64,000 nt of DNA from an uncultured virus (IMG/VR IMGVR_UViG_3300006803_000022) (lineage: Duplodnaviria; Heunggongvirae; Uroviricota; Caudoviricetes): IMG/VR virus record IMGVR_UViG_3300006803_000022. One strand, written 5' to 3'. The notes beneath the pieces are model-generated. The model was not told the DNA's origin and searched no databases. It was given only the letters and a program-made list of their open reading frames with translations. Below are positions 27,879 to 36,959 of the stretch, piece by piece (the first letter of the stretch is position 1; each line of letters opens with the position of its first letter). The translations under genes and the position numbers were made by a program.

Positions 27879-28297
27879 TGGGATTAACTGTACAAATACC
27901 TACAAGTTTAGAAGGTGTGATATACAGGACGATGCAGAAATTGTCTAAAGCCGTGGGTGGTTGTGTGGTTCTCTATGAGAGAGCCAATGGAACCATCCCG
28001 GCTACGACGAACACTACATCGAACACTGGTACCTACACACTTGAAGACACTATAGAAATTGACACTGGCTATGTCCCCTTAAAGGAAGAGAGAGTCAACT
28101 CTCGGTGGGAAGCTAAGATTCTGAACGTGGCAGGTACCTTCAACGGTACTGATACTGCTGTCGGATTTCGATGCATCCCACTCGTATCCCCAGTAGAGAC
28201 TGACAGTATAATCATACTCGTCAACATCTATGGGAAGAACATGACAGACTACGCCAACTTAACCGCAGATTGGGTTCTGCAAGAACTAGACAGATAA
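27878..28297 (+). CDS. hypothetical tail protein
   Basis: TAATG-coupled 139-aa ORF. Confidence 0.6.
   Translation: MGLTVQIPTSLEGVIYRTMQKLSKAVGGCVVLYERANGTIPATTNTTSNTGTYTLEDTIEIDTGYVPLKEERVNSRWEAKILNVAGTFNGTDTAVGFRCIPLVSPVETDSIIILVNIYGKNMTDYANLTADWVLQELDR
28066..28086 (+). promoter_or_regulatory. putative internal phage promoter upstream of the ejection-protein genes
   Basis: TGGCTATGTCCCCTTAAAGGA, 18/21 match to the consensus. Confidence 0.5.
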
Positions 28298-28308
28298 TCG
28301 AGGACACG

Positions 28309-28815
28309 ATGACAAAACAATTACTTCGAGTAAATATAGAGAGACTATATGAGGTTCTTCCTTATGTAGACAAGTACATTAAGCCAGCATACCACACAGG
28401 TATTGGCGAGCAGTCATGGGAATCACTCATAGGTCGAGCTTTCCTTGGAGATGTAATCTTCTGGTTAGCTTTCGACGACGGTGTCGTTGTAGGCGCTGGC
28501 TCAACAGAAGTAATAGACTTCGACGGATACAGATGTGTCCACGTAATAACATCCAGTACAGATACTGGTAACGGCTTTTGGGACTACCACTATGCCTTCG
28601 AAGAGTACGCTCGTCAAATTGGCGCTAAGCATGTACAATTCTGGGGTAGGAAAGGTTGGTCACGAGTAGTCGATAAGATTACAGGACAGTTGTACGGCGA
28701 GAAGTACAAAGAAGTCTATCGTGTCTTTTCAATGGAGATCAAATATGAATCCGACAATGATGATGCTGAACCCGATCATGCGCCACATGAACCACTGGGA
28801 AGTGGCTCCCCGTAA
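28309..28815 (+). CDS. GNAT-like morphogenesis protein
   Basis: YARQIGAKHVQFWGRKGWSRV; usual position before podovirus ejection proteins. Confidence 0.6.
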   Translation: MTKQLLRVNIERLYEVLPYVDKYIKPAYHTGIGEQSWESLIGRAFLGDVIFWLAFDDGVVVGAGSTEVIDFDGYRCVHVITSSTDTGNGFWDYHYAFEEYARQIGAKHVQFWGRKGWSRVVDKITGQLYGEKYKEVYRVFSMEIKYESDNDDAEPDHAPHEPLGSGSP

Positions 28816-29521
28816 GGGCGGTGGTGGATCGAGTGATTCAACTACTACCAGTAGCTCTAAGACAGTTATTGATGACCAGTTCAGACCACACGTCGATCAG
28901 GGACTAGCAGACCTCAAGTCTGTCTATGACTCTGGTGGACTTGGCATGGTAGCTGGTGCTTCCGATCTACAACTGGAAGCTTTTGATGCAGCCAGTGGCT
29001 CAGCGTACAAAGGCCTAGACGTAATCGATGAAGCAAGAGGAACGTACAGAGACGCTATGTCTGGTGAGGGGATGTTTGATCCTGCTCAGATCGATGACTT
29101 GGAGAGGGCTGCTATAGACCAATCCAGTCGTGAACGTGGTGTGATGAACGACAACATGGCCTCGTCCGGACTAATGGGTGGATCCCGTGCAGCTATTGCT
29201 GCTGGTGATCAAGACGCTCAGTTGTCTAACGCGCTAGCTGGTCTCAAGTATGACCAAATGAACAAGACACAAGAAAGATCTATGTGGGGTGCTGAGTCAC
29301 TCTCTGCTTCTGGTAATCAGGAAGCTGATCTATTCACACAGAATATTAGAAACATCGGAGAACTTGGTGGTGTGCAACGTGGTATCGAACAAGAATACCT
29401 AGATGCAGACGCTAAGGGACTAGAGAATTATCTCGCCGGAATGCAGACGTTTATGCCTATCATGTCATCTACTGAGCAGACCTCTGACACGAAACAGAAA
29501 AGTAAATCAGGAGGAAAGTAA
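28745..29521 (+). CDS. internal virion/ejection protein
   Basis: KGGGGSSDSTTT motif; helical A/Q/G-rich body; GGAG RBS. Confidence 0.65.
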   Translation: MNPTMMMLNPIMRHMNHWEVAPRKGGGGSSDSTTTSSSKTVIDDQFRPHVDQGLADLKSVYDSGGLGMVAGASDLQLEAFDAASGSAYKGLDVIDEARGTYRDAMSGEGMFDPAQIDDLERAAIDQSSRERGVMNDNMASSGLMGGSRAAIAAGDQDAQLSNALAGLKYDQMNKTQERSMWGAESLSASGNQEADLFTQNIRNIGELGGVQRGIEQEYLDADAKGLENYLAGMQTFMPIMSSTEQTSDTKQKSKSGGK

Positions 29522-29910
29522 TGGGACGACGTAATTCAGCAGGACAGTCGGGTATTGCTCAAGGAGTATCGGCACCAATTAATGCGATAGTCAGAGCATC
29601 GGCTACAAAAGGACAACCCGGTGGTGGTAGGATCGAAACCAATCCATCAGCTAAGGGTGGTCGGGGTGCTCCGGGACAACGCGACAACGGGAATCAAGCA
29701 TCCGGAAGAGGACCTCTCTTTAACAACAGAGGCCAGCAACAGGTACAACAACCACAACCTATATCACCAGAAGCAAGACAGAGCGCCATCAATGAAAGAT
29801 TACTTGCAGCTAAAGCAGCTACAGGTCAGGGTTCAAACTTGAACGGAACGGCTAACGCACAAAGTACTGGTGTAGGTCGAGGTGAAGCAACAGTAAGAGG
29901 CGGTAAATAA
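29521..29910 (+). CDS. basic low-complexity internal virion protein
   Basis: Coupled ORF, G/Q/R-rich. Confidence 0.55.
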   Translation: MGRRNSAGQSGIAQGVSAPINAIVRASATKGQPGGGRIETNPSAKGGRGAPGQRDNGNQASGRGPLFNNRGQQQVQQPQPISPEARQSAINERLLAAKAATGQGSNLNGTANAQSTGVGRGEATVRGGK

Positions 29911-30356
29911 TGGCTTTCGAGAAACTAAAAGCAAACAGAATGGGAATGCCATCAGTAACTCCTCTTTCTCATAACCCCGGTTCCAACTCGGTACCTTCAC
30001 GACAGCCCGGTGCCGCAGAGAAGATCGGTATGGATGCAGCTTCAGCTGGAGCTAATGCTCTGGCCACCAAGGGAGCAGAGACTCTCTTCGCTAGTATGAC
30101 TGGTGGAGCAGGTACTACTGCCGCAGGTGGAGCCGCCGCTGCCGCTGCACCGTTAGCTACAGGAGCCGCTGCTGCAGGTACAGGAGCCGCTACAGCAGGT
30201 TTGGGTGCCGCAGGTACCGCAGCCGCAACAGGAGCCACTGCTGGTGGCTTTGGTGGGCTTGGAGCGCTAGGCGCTGCAGCTATGACGAACCCTATCACCG
30301 CACCGCTAGCCATTGGGGCAGCATTGATCGGTGGTAAGAAACTAATGGGGAAGTAA
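29910..30356 (+). CDS. Ala/Gly-rich ejection (membrane-channel) protein
   Basis: Coupled ORF with hydrophobic A/G tract. Confidence 0.6.
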   Translation: MAFEKLKANRMGMPSVTPLSHNPGSNSVPSRQPGAAEKIGMDAASAGANALATKGAETLFASMTGGAGTTAAGGAAAAAAPLATGAAAAGTGAATAGLGAAGTAAATGATAGGFGGLGALGAAAMTNPITAPLAIGAALIGGKKLMGK

Positions 30357-30357
30357 A

Positions 30358-31161
30358 ATGGAATATAGTGACTACGATAGGGACATCCTCATTAGGACTG
30401 TCCTAGGGGAAGCTGGTGGAGAATCGGGGGAAGGCCAACAGGCTGTAGCCCATGTCATTCTCAATAGAGCCAGAGACCCAAGGTGGCCTTCGTCTGTATC
30501 AGAAGTTGCTCTACAACCAAAGCAATTCTCAGCTTGGAATAAAGGATCGGGTGGTAACGCCCACGTTAATATTGGTCCCGGCTCTCCTGCATATGAAGCC
30601 GCTGGTGCACAAGTAGATGCTGTCCTCTCTGGACAATCTGCTGATGTAACTGGCGGAGCTACCCACTACTGGTCACCTGCTGGCATGGAAAAGCATGTAG
30701 CAGACGGTGAGCAGAACTACACAGTACCAAGGTGGGCTGCTGCAGAGACAGAAAGACGAGGTGGTCAGAACGCTCAGATCGGTGGACACATATTTACTGG
30801 TCAGACGGAAGACTATGAGGGGGGCGGTGTTCCTCCACAGTATGTCTATAATCCAGATGGGAAACCAGCTGACGTACCACCACCACAAGCAGAAGCACCA
30901 GAAGCTGAGGTACCCCCTATGGAGATCACAGGAGTTCCTGCTATTGATGGAGCTATCGAAGCAGGAGTAGGACAGGCTAAGGATGCGGCTATAGGGGAGG
31001 CAGTCAAGTACGTACTAGGTACTGGTGGCGGTGCCCCTAGGCTACAAGCCCCACCTATACCGTCTATGCCCACTAGTAGGGTACCTATGCCCAGACCAGT
31101 AAGAGGAATGGGTGATACCATCTTCAGAATCCAAAGACCCAAAGAGAGGGAAGAGAAATGA
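30358..31161 (+). CDS. virion-associated SleB/Hydrolase_2 lytic transglycosylase
   Basis: RTVLGEAGGE, AVAHVILNR, QFSAWN, TGGATHY, IGGHIF. Confidence 0.85.
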   Translation: MEYSDYDRDILIRTVLGEAGGESGEGQQAVAHVILNRARDPRWPSSVSEVALQPKQFSAWNKGSGGNAHVNIGPGSPAYEAAGAQVDAVLSGQSADVTGGATHYWSPAGMEKHVADGEQNYTVPRWAAAETERRGGQNAQIGGHIFTGQTEDYEGGGVPPQYVYNPDGKPADVPPPQAEAPEAEVPPMEITGVPAIDGAIEAGVGQAKDAAIGEAVKYVLGTGGGAPRLQAPPIPSMPTSRVPMPRPVRGMGDTIFRIQRPKEREEK

Positions 31162-33032
31162 CTAACTTTCTAGATGCTATTGGTAACATCTTCCAATTCG
31201 GAGAAGTGCCAATGCGAAAACAACCCTCCATTGTGAAACTAGGAGAGGGTGAAGAGCTTGTCATGGACACAAGTCCTAAGCCAGTTATGACACACGGACC
31301 TAACGGAATGTTCGGTGACACGTACGGAGGTGGCGATATGCCACACCCTGACCAGATGCCACCTACACCAGAAGAGACCATGGCTGCACACAGAAGTGAG
31401 TATGCAATGCCTAATCCTCTGGTGATGCAAGAAGAGCTTGCTGATGCTCAGATGCCGAATGGTCCTGACATGGGTGAATTATCTCCGGGGCTAAATGTAC
31501 CAAGTATATCTCCAGAGCTAAGTGAACCACCTATGCCCGGTATAGATCCTGAACTAAACGAGACAGTTCAAGAGATGGCTGGTAAGGATGGAGTGCCACC
31601 ACCAGAAGGGTACGAAGAGTATCAAGATGAAGATGGTAACACAAAGATCAGACGTATAGAAGGTGTTCCGGCAAATCCACAAGATCCTCATGCTGATGGA
31701 TACGGTATGGCAGCTACTAAGCCTGATGACAAAACACCAGCAGGTCAGAACGGTAAGCGTACTAAGGCTGCTGCTTGGAGCCTAAGAGAGCATGGTTCTC
31801 GTAACCCTGATGCCCTAGAAGCTCCTCTCACAGAGGAAGAGGCAGCAGCAGTTGATGAGGCTGTATCGGGAATGCCAACTGCTCCTGATCCAGATGCTCC
31901 ACCAAATGTAGATACTACACCACCTGCAAGGATCAGAACTCCCGATGGTAATGAAGTAGAGGTAACTCAGGAATCTGTTCAGCAAGTGGCAGAAGAAGAT
32001 CCATCAGGATTCTCTAAAGCCATGGGTTGGGTCACACGTACTTTTGGTGTTACTGGTCAAGACTTGGCTAGATTTGCCGCACTCTACGCTGGTTCTCGTC
32101 TTGCTGGTTATGACCATGAAGGTTCCATGTCTTGGAGCTTCGAGGTAGCTGGTGAAGATCTACAAGAGAGACGTAGGCTACACACCACAATGGCTAACAC
32201 TGGTAAGTACACTCCAGCAAGTATGGAAGAGTACAGAAAGTCTGGTGACTTCTCAAAGCTCAAAGCTGTTACTGATCCTAAAGATCAAGTTAAAGTAGAC
32301 AGGACTTCGCCGAAGCTTACCAGAGATGGTAGCAAGATCGTATATCCCGCCACCCTTCCAAATGGATCTAAGGTTCATGTTGATGCGAATGGTAACCCGT
32401 ACTCTGGCTTCGTAAGGGATCCAGAAGATCCAGAATCTAATCGTGAGGTGTATGAAGAGTATGAGCCAAAGGTTGCATCAATAGCAAAAGAGATTACTGC
32501 TCCCGGTGTAGGTAGAGATGGTAAGAAATTACCTGACTGGTATACAGGAAGTGAGACTGAGGATGCTGCTCTGGCAACAGAGTTCGCACTCGCATGGGCT
32601 ATAGAGGAAGGTATACCACCTAACTCAGCTGCGTTCGGTAACATCGTTGGCGGCGCGTACAAGCAAGCCCGTAGATGGGCGCAAGCTTCTGGTAATACCG
32701 TTGAGTCTATCCAACCATTCCTCGATCAGCAGAAGGTGTACATCACCTCCAGTGACGCATGGGCTGGTGCATTGCAGAACCCTGACGGTAGTAAACTTGA
32801 TGTCGAACAGTTCGGACAAATATCTAACAACCTGATGGGAATTCTGTCACAGGACCCATTGTTCAAGGAAGCTGCTAAGAGAGCAGACAAAGGAACGATG
32901 CTTAGTTGGGCTATGAAAGCTCTATACGCAGACTATGAAGCTCTACCACAAGAGCAGAAGGATGTGTACGCTAGGCAAGGTGGCTTTAAGGGCTTCCTAG
33001 AAGAAGCAACACTTAACCCATTTGATAACTAG
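31158..33032 (+). CDS. internal virion protein
   Basis: 624 aa; Pro/acid-rich N-terminus; in the ejection cluster. Confidence 0.65.
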   Translation: MTNFLDAIGNIFQFGEVPMRKQPSIVKLGEGEELVMDTSPKPVMTHGPNGMFGDTYGGGDMPHPDQMPPTPEETMAAHRSEYAMPNPLVMQEELADAQMPNGPDMGELSPGLNVPSISPELSEPPMPGIDPELNETVQEMAGKDGVPPPEGYEEYQDEDGNTKIRRIEGVPANPQDPHADGYGMAATKPDDKTPAGQNGKRTKAAAWSLREHGSRNPDALEAPLTEEEAAAVDEAVSGMPTAPDPDAPPNVDTTPPARIRTPDGNEVEVTQESVQQVAEEDPSGFSKAMGWVTRTFGVTGQDLARFAALYAGSRLAGYDHEGSMSWSFEVAGEDLQERRRLHTTMANTGKYTPASMEEYRKSGDFSKLKAVTDPKDQVKVDRTSPKLTRDGSKIVYPATLPNGSKVHVDANGNPYSGFVRDPEDPESNREVYEEYEPKVASIAKEITAPGVGRDGKKLPDWYTGSETEDAALATEFALAWAIEEGIPPNSAAFGNIVGGAYKQARRWAQASGNTVESIQPFLDQQKVYITSSDAWAGALQNPDGSKLDVEQFGQISNNLMGILSQDPLFKEAAKRADKGTMLSWAMKALYADYEALPQEQKDVYARQGGFKGFLEEATLNPFDN

Positions 33033-33041
33033 GAGAACGTA

Positions 33042-36000
33042 ATGGAACCCATTATCGACACTACAAAGATTCTGGAGAGTATTCCAGAGACTCGTCTTAA
33101 TGAACGCTACCGCTTCATAGACGGCGATACCCTCCGTGATGAAGATACTGGTAAATCCATTCGAATTCAGGGATATGATGTCCCAGAGACATTCAAGCCA
33201 AGAGATCCCAATAAGGAATTCGACGCAGCAGGTAGTCAGGCTCATGCAGAGCTTGCCCGCCTAGCTCGTGAGAAAGGATTCTCAGAGGTTCAGATCAGTG
33301 GTCAGCAGGATAAGTATAACCGTGAACTCGGTGACCTGTACAACCCACAGACTGGTGAGAGATTCTCACACTACGTCCTAGAGAATGGACTTGGTGACCT
33401 CGCTTGGTTCTCTGACGACAGTCACAAACAGGCTAAGGCCGTTGGTGTATCTAAGCAACTGTATGGGGAGAAGAGACTAGCTGATGAGGATGAGGCTTTC
33501 ACGAACATCATGGCCGCTAACGGTGGTTCATTTGATTGGAAGACTCTAGCCGATACAGAACAAGAGTATGACTCAGACATTCACTACGGTACTGGGATCA
33601 GAAGACTTAATCGTACTATCGACAATAAAGCAATGAAGCAATTCAGTACCTCTTTTGACACTGCCCTTATGGGTGTTGCTGAGAGCTACTACGGATTCAA
33701 GCAGATGGTCGGTGCTGTGATGGGTAATACAGAGATTGAGCGTTCAGGTTCTATCGGAGTAGCTGCCCAACGTGGTAAGATGCAGAACCAACCAAAGGTA
33801 ACAATCGACATCTCAGATGTTGATGGAATAGGTGACTTTGTTGATTACACAGCTAACAATGCTGCTATGTCTATACCCTATATGGCCAACACTATTATGG
33901 CAGCAGGTGCGGGATCAGTGGCTGGAGCCGCTATTGGTGGTCCTGTCGGCGCTGTCGTTGGTGGTGTTGTCGGTTTGGCATCACCCACCGCTATATATGC
34001 TGGTCAGGTGTACAATGGTCAGGATGAGAAGAACGCTAAAGTAGCTTTTACTTCTGGTCTTGCACAAGCTACACTAGATCGACTAGGCCTCAAGGGTATC
34101 ACTACAGGTGGTAAGTCCCTCAAGGGAATCTTGGGTGAAGCAGAAGCTAAACTGATAGCTAAGGGCATGTCTAGGAAAGCAGCACAAGAGAAAGTTGTAG
34201 CTGCATCTAAGAGAGAACTAGCGGGGTTTTTCGATGATGGACTGGCAATGGCTGCTAAACAGCTTACAGCAAGAAATACTACTCGTACTATTCTCAATCG
34301 TGCTGCAAAAGGTCTTGGGTCTGAGGCAGTCACTGAGGCTGCTCAGGAAAGTCTGGCACAAATTGGTGAACAGTACGACGAGGATAACTTTGGGATCTTT
34401 GATCACGACGGTTTCAACGACGAGTTCCTCAATCGCATCACCAACGCAGCGGTTGCTGGTGGTACGCTTGGTGGGGCATTTGGCGGCGCTGGGGGCATTC
34501 GTGAAGTGGGTGGCTGGGCCGATGTTAAACATCAACTAGGTAAACCTAAGGATGCTTTCGAAGATGGTCTAGCACAAAAAGAAGAAGGTGGTGGTACTAT
34601 CGAACAGCGCATGAACCGTATGCAACGTGACGATCAGGACACCAAAGACATCGCTATCCGTACATCAGACTATAGAGACTCTAAGGCCGCTAAGTCTTTC
34701 GACGAGAAGGCTCTGGAGACTATTACTAAAGTTCCATTCCTTTGGCGTGGTATGATGCGGGCTAGAGCAGACAAAGACTCTCAGCACAGATCACCAGCTT
34801 ACAGACTCCTAGTGGGTATGATGGGTGGTCATCTGGGTAGGGTCTTCTCTGGTGCTAACTATGAAGAAGATGCTGCGATGGGTCTGTTGAAGCACAAGAA
34901 GCACGTCGGCATGGAAGATAAGCATTGGTATCAAGGATTCAATGGTATCAGAAATGACGGTAAGGCTCGTGAAGCTTTCAACAAGAAAAGAGAGAAGGTC
35001 AATGCAGACTACCTGAACTGGTTTGAGAACAATCATAATCGTAAGACTGGTGAGATAAATCCAAATGCTGAGTATGATTGGAGTCAGTGGGATGGTGATA
35101 CCATTATGCACAAGGACCTGATTTCTAAGGACGCTATGAAGAACGTCTGGCAAGAACTAGCTGAAGCTCAGAACAACATGTCTCAGAGCATGCTTGCTTC
35201 TCAGAACTTCTGGTGGATGAAGAACACCAAGAAGGGAGAGAAAGCTACTCCTAAGTTTAGGAACTTGAACAACTACCTTATGAAGTTCAAGGCTATGCGT
35301 AAGGATGAGGTTGGTAAGCAAAGGGGTAAGTTTGAGCAACTGATTAGGTCAGAGTATGGCATGTCAGCAAGTCAAGCTACTGAGCTTGCCACACGTATTC
35401 TGGAGAAGGAACCGCTGGATGGTATAGACGACAACGTCTTCAACCTACTTCACCAAGGTGTTCCTGCTACAGCAGCTAAGAAAAGAACTATGGCTCTCTC
35501 AGAGAATCCTAAGTTCAAGGAGTTCTTCCATTCTGATATGTTCCATAACCAACATGAAGCAGCACGTTCAGCTGCTAGGTTCGAGACATATCACAAGATG
35601 ATTGGTAAGGATAACTGGAGGCTGGCTAAGCTACTTGATGATGCACAGAGCGATGGAGTACCCAAGAACATAGTCGATGAACTATCTATGGGTGTTCAGA
35701 GCTACCTAGAGGCTCAGTCAGGTAACTACAAGCGACCTGCTCCCGGCTCATGGGGAGAACGTGCACTAGGAGTACAGAAGTTTGCATTGACTTGGTCTTT
35801 GCTAACCGCTCTACCTCTGTCAGCACTCTCTTCTACTGTTGAGTTAGCTCTTGTAACGAGGGCATTAACCAACGAGCAGATCTTTGGACGTAAAGGATCG
35901 CTATCAGAGATGGGATTGCAACTCTCCAAGATGATTGGGCGTGGAACGATCCGCGTGGGTCACCAGCTTTGGTCTGGACAGGAGTACATCCCTGATAGTC

Positions 36001-36947
36001 TAGAGCAGCGTACGTTGGCTAGGCTAGGTTTCAACCAGCAGGAGACAGGTGCAGCTACCACGGTGGGTGCTACTGAGACTTCTGACTGGGCTAGGAACCG
36101 TATCGATAGGTTCTTTCAGTATAATGGTCTTCAAGGTCTGACCAATACTACTCGTTCTATCAGAGCATCACAATTTACTGATGCTACGAATGCTTATATT
36201 GACACGATCTTTAATGGTGAACCTGACACAGAAGAAGTTAGGTATGCCAGAGAGCAACTGAGAAACTTAGGTCTCGATGTAGATGTCTACATGGATCTGA
36301 TGACTACTCCAGAGTCAGCCATGTCTGAAAAGATGGCTAACGATCTATCGAAGATGGAAGATCTGGCTATGTACACTTGGGTAAACCAAGCTGTCGCATT
36401 ACCGGGTGCAGCTAACCGACCTCTGTTCTACCAAGATCCGAGATTGTTCCTGTTCACACAGTTCAACGGTTACATTGCAACCTTCACTGCTAACCACTTA
36501 CCACAACTCTGGTCGCAATACATTGGCCGTGGCAAGCCATCACTTAAGTTCAACACCTTCGCCATGATGGTCACTATGATCTTCCTTGGTTATGCTTCTC
36601 AGTATTTGAAGGACTGGCTAAAGTATGGAGAACCTACTACATATCTAAACTCCAATGAGAAGTTGAGACGTGCTGTTAACTCTTCGGGCATGCTCGGACA
36701 GGGTGAACGCGCACTTAACTTCATCTGGCCAACCTTTGAGAGACAGGCTAGTAACCCAGTGGAAGCTATAGCAGGTATGGCATTTGATGAGATGCCCGCT
36801 ATGTCTCCACTAGAAAGGATATACAAGTCCGCTGACGCTTTCTACGAAGGCGATACCCAGAAGGGTAAATATAACGCTATGAGAGCGGCACCAGTCATTG
36901 GTCCGTTACAAGGCCTAGCCAAATGGGCTACAGGTGTTGAATATTAA
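33042..36947 (+). CDS. large ejection protein with N-terminal SNase (thermonuclease) domain
   Basis: FIDGDTL..IRIQGYDVPE..DKYNRELG..LENGLG; Gly-rich hydrophobic segments. Confidence 0.75.
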   Translation: MEPIIDTTKILESIPETRLNERYRFIDGDTLRDEDTGKSIRIQGYDVPETFKPRDPNKEFDAAGSQAHAELARLAREKGFSEVQISGQQDKYNRELGDLYNPQTGERFSHYVLENGLGDLAWFSDDSHKQAKAVGVSKQLYGEKRLADEDEAFTNIMAANGGSFDWKTLADTEQEYDSDIHYGTGIRRLNRTIDNKAMKQFSTSFDTALMGVAESYYGFKQMVGAVMGNTEIERSGSIGVAAQRGKMQNQPKVTIDISDVDGIGDFVDYTANNAAMSIPYMANTIMAAGAGSVAGAAIGGPVGAVVGGVVGLASPTAIYAGQVYNGQDEKNAKVAFTSGLAQATLDRLGLKGITTGGKSLKGILGEAEAKLIAKGMSRKAAQEKVVAASKRELAGFFDDGLAMAAKQLTARNTTRTILNRAAKGLGSEAVTEAAQESLAQIGEQYDEDNFGIFDHDGFNDEFLNRITNAAVAGGTLGGAFGGAGGIREVGGWADVKHQLGKPKDAFEDGLAQKEEGGGTIEQRMNRMQRDDQDTKDIAIRTSDYRDSKAAKSFDEKALETITKVPFLWRGMMRARADKDSQHRSPAYRLLVGMMGGHLGRVFSGANYEEDAAMGLLKHKKHVGMEDKHWYQGFNGIRNDGKAREAFNKKREKVNADYLNWFENNHNRKTGEINPNAEYDWSQWDGDTIMHKDLISKDAMKNVWQELAEAQNNMSQSMLASQNFWWMKNTKKGEKATPKFRNLNNYLMKFKAMRKDEVGKQRGKFEQLIRSEYGMSASQATELATRILEKEPLDGIDDNVFNLLHQGVPATAAKKRTMALSENPKFKEFFHSDMFHNQHEAARSAARFETYHKMIGKDNWRLAKLLDDAQSDGVPKNIVDELSMGVQSYLEAQSGNYKRPAPGSWGERALGVQKFALTWSLLTALPLSALSSTVELALVTRALTNEQIFGRKGSLSEMGLQLSKMIGRGTIRVGHQLWSGQEYIPDSLEQRTLARLGFNQQETGAATTVGATETSDWARNRIDRFFQYNGLQGLTNTTRSIRASQFTDATNAYIDTIFNGEPDTEEVRYAREQLRNLGLDVDVYMDLMTTPESAMSEKMANDLSKMEDLAMYTWVNQAVALPGAANRPLFYQDPRLFLFTQFNGYIATFTANHLPQLWSQYIGRGKPSLKFNTFAMMVTMIFLGYASQYLKDWLKYGEPTTYLNSNEKLRRAVNSSGMLGQGERALNFIWPTFERQASNPVEAIAGMAFDEMPAMSPLERIYKSADAFYEGDTQKGKYNAMRAAPVIGPLQGLAKWATGVEY

Positions 36948-36959
36948 TAGGAGAATTAA

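Noticed and set aside
36796..36820. GCTATGTCTCC upstream of the vRNAP-like gene as a fifth promoter
   Set aside because: Only the 5' half matches; the TTATAGGG initiation region is absent
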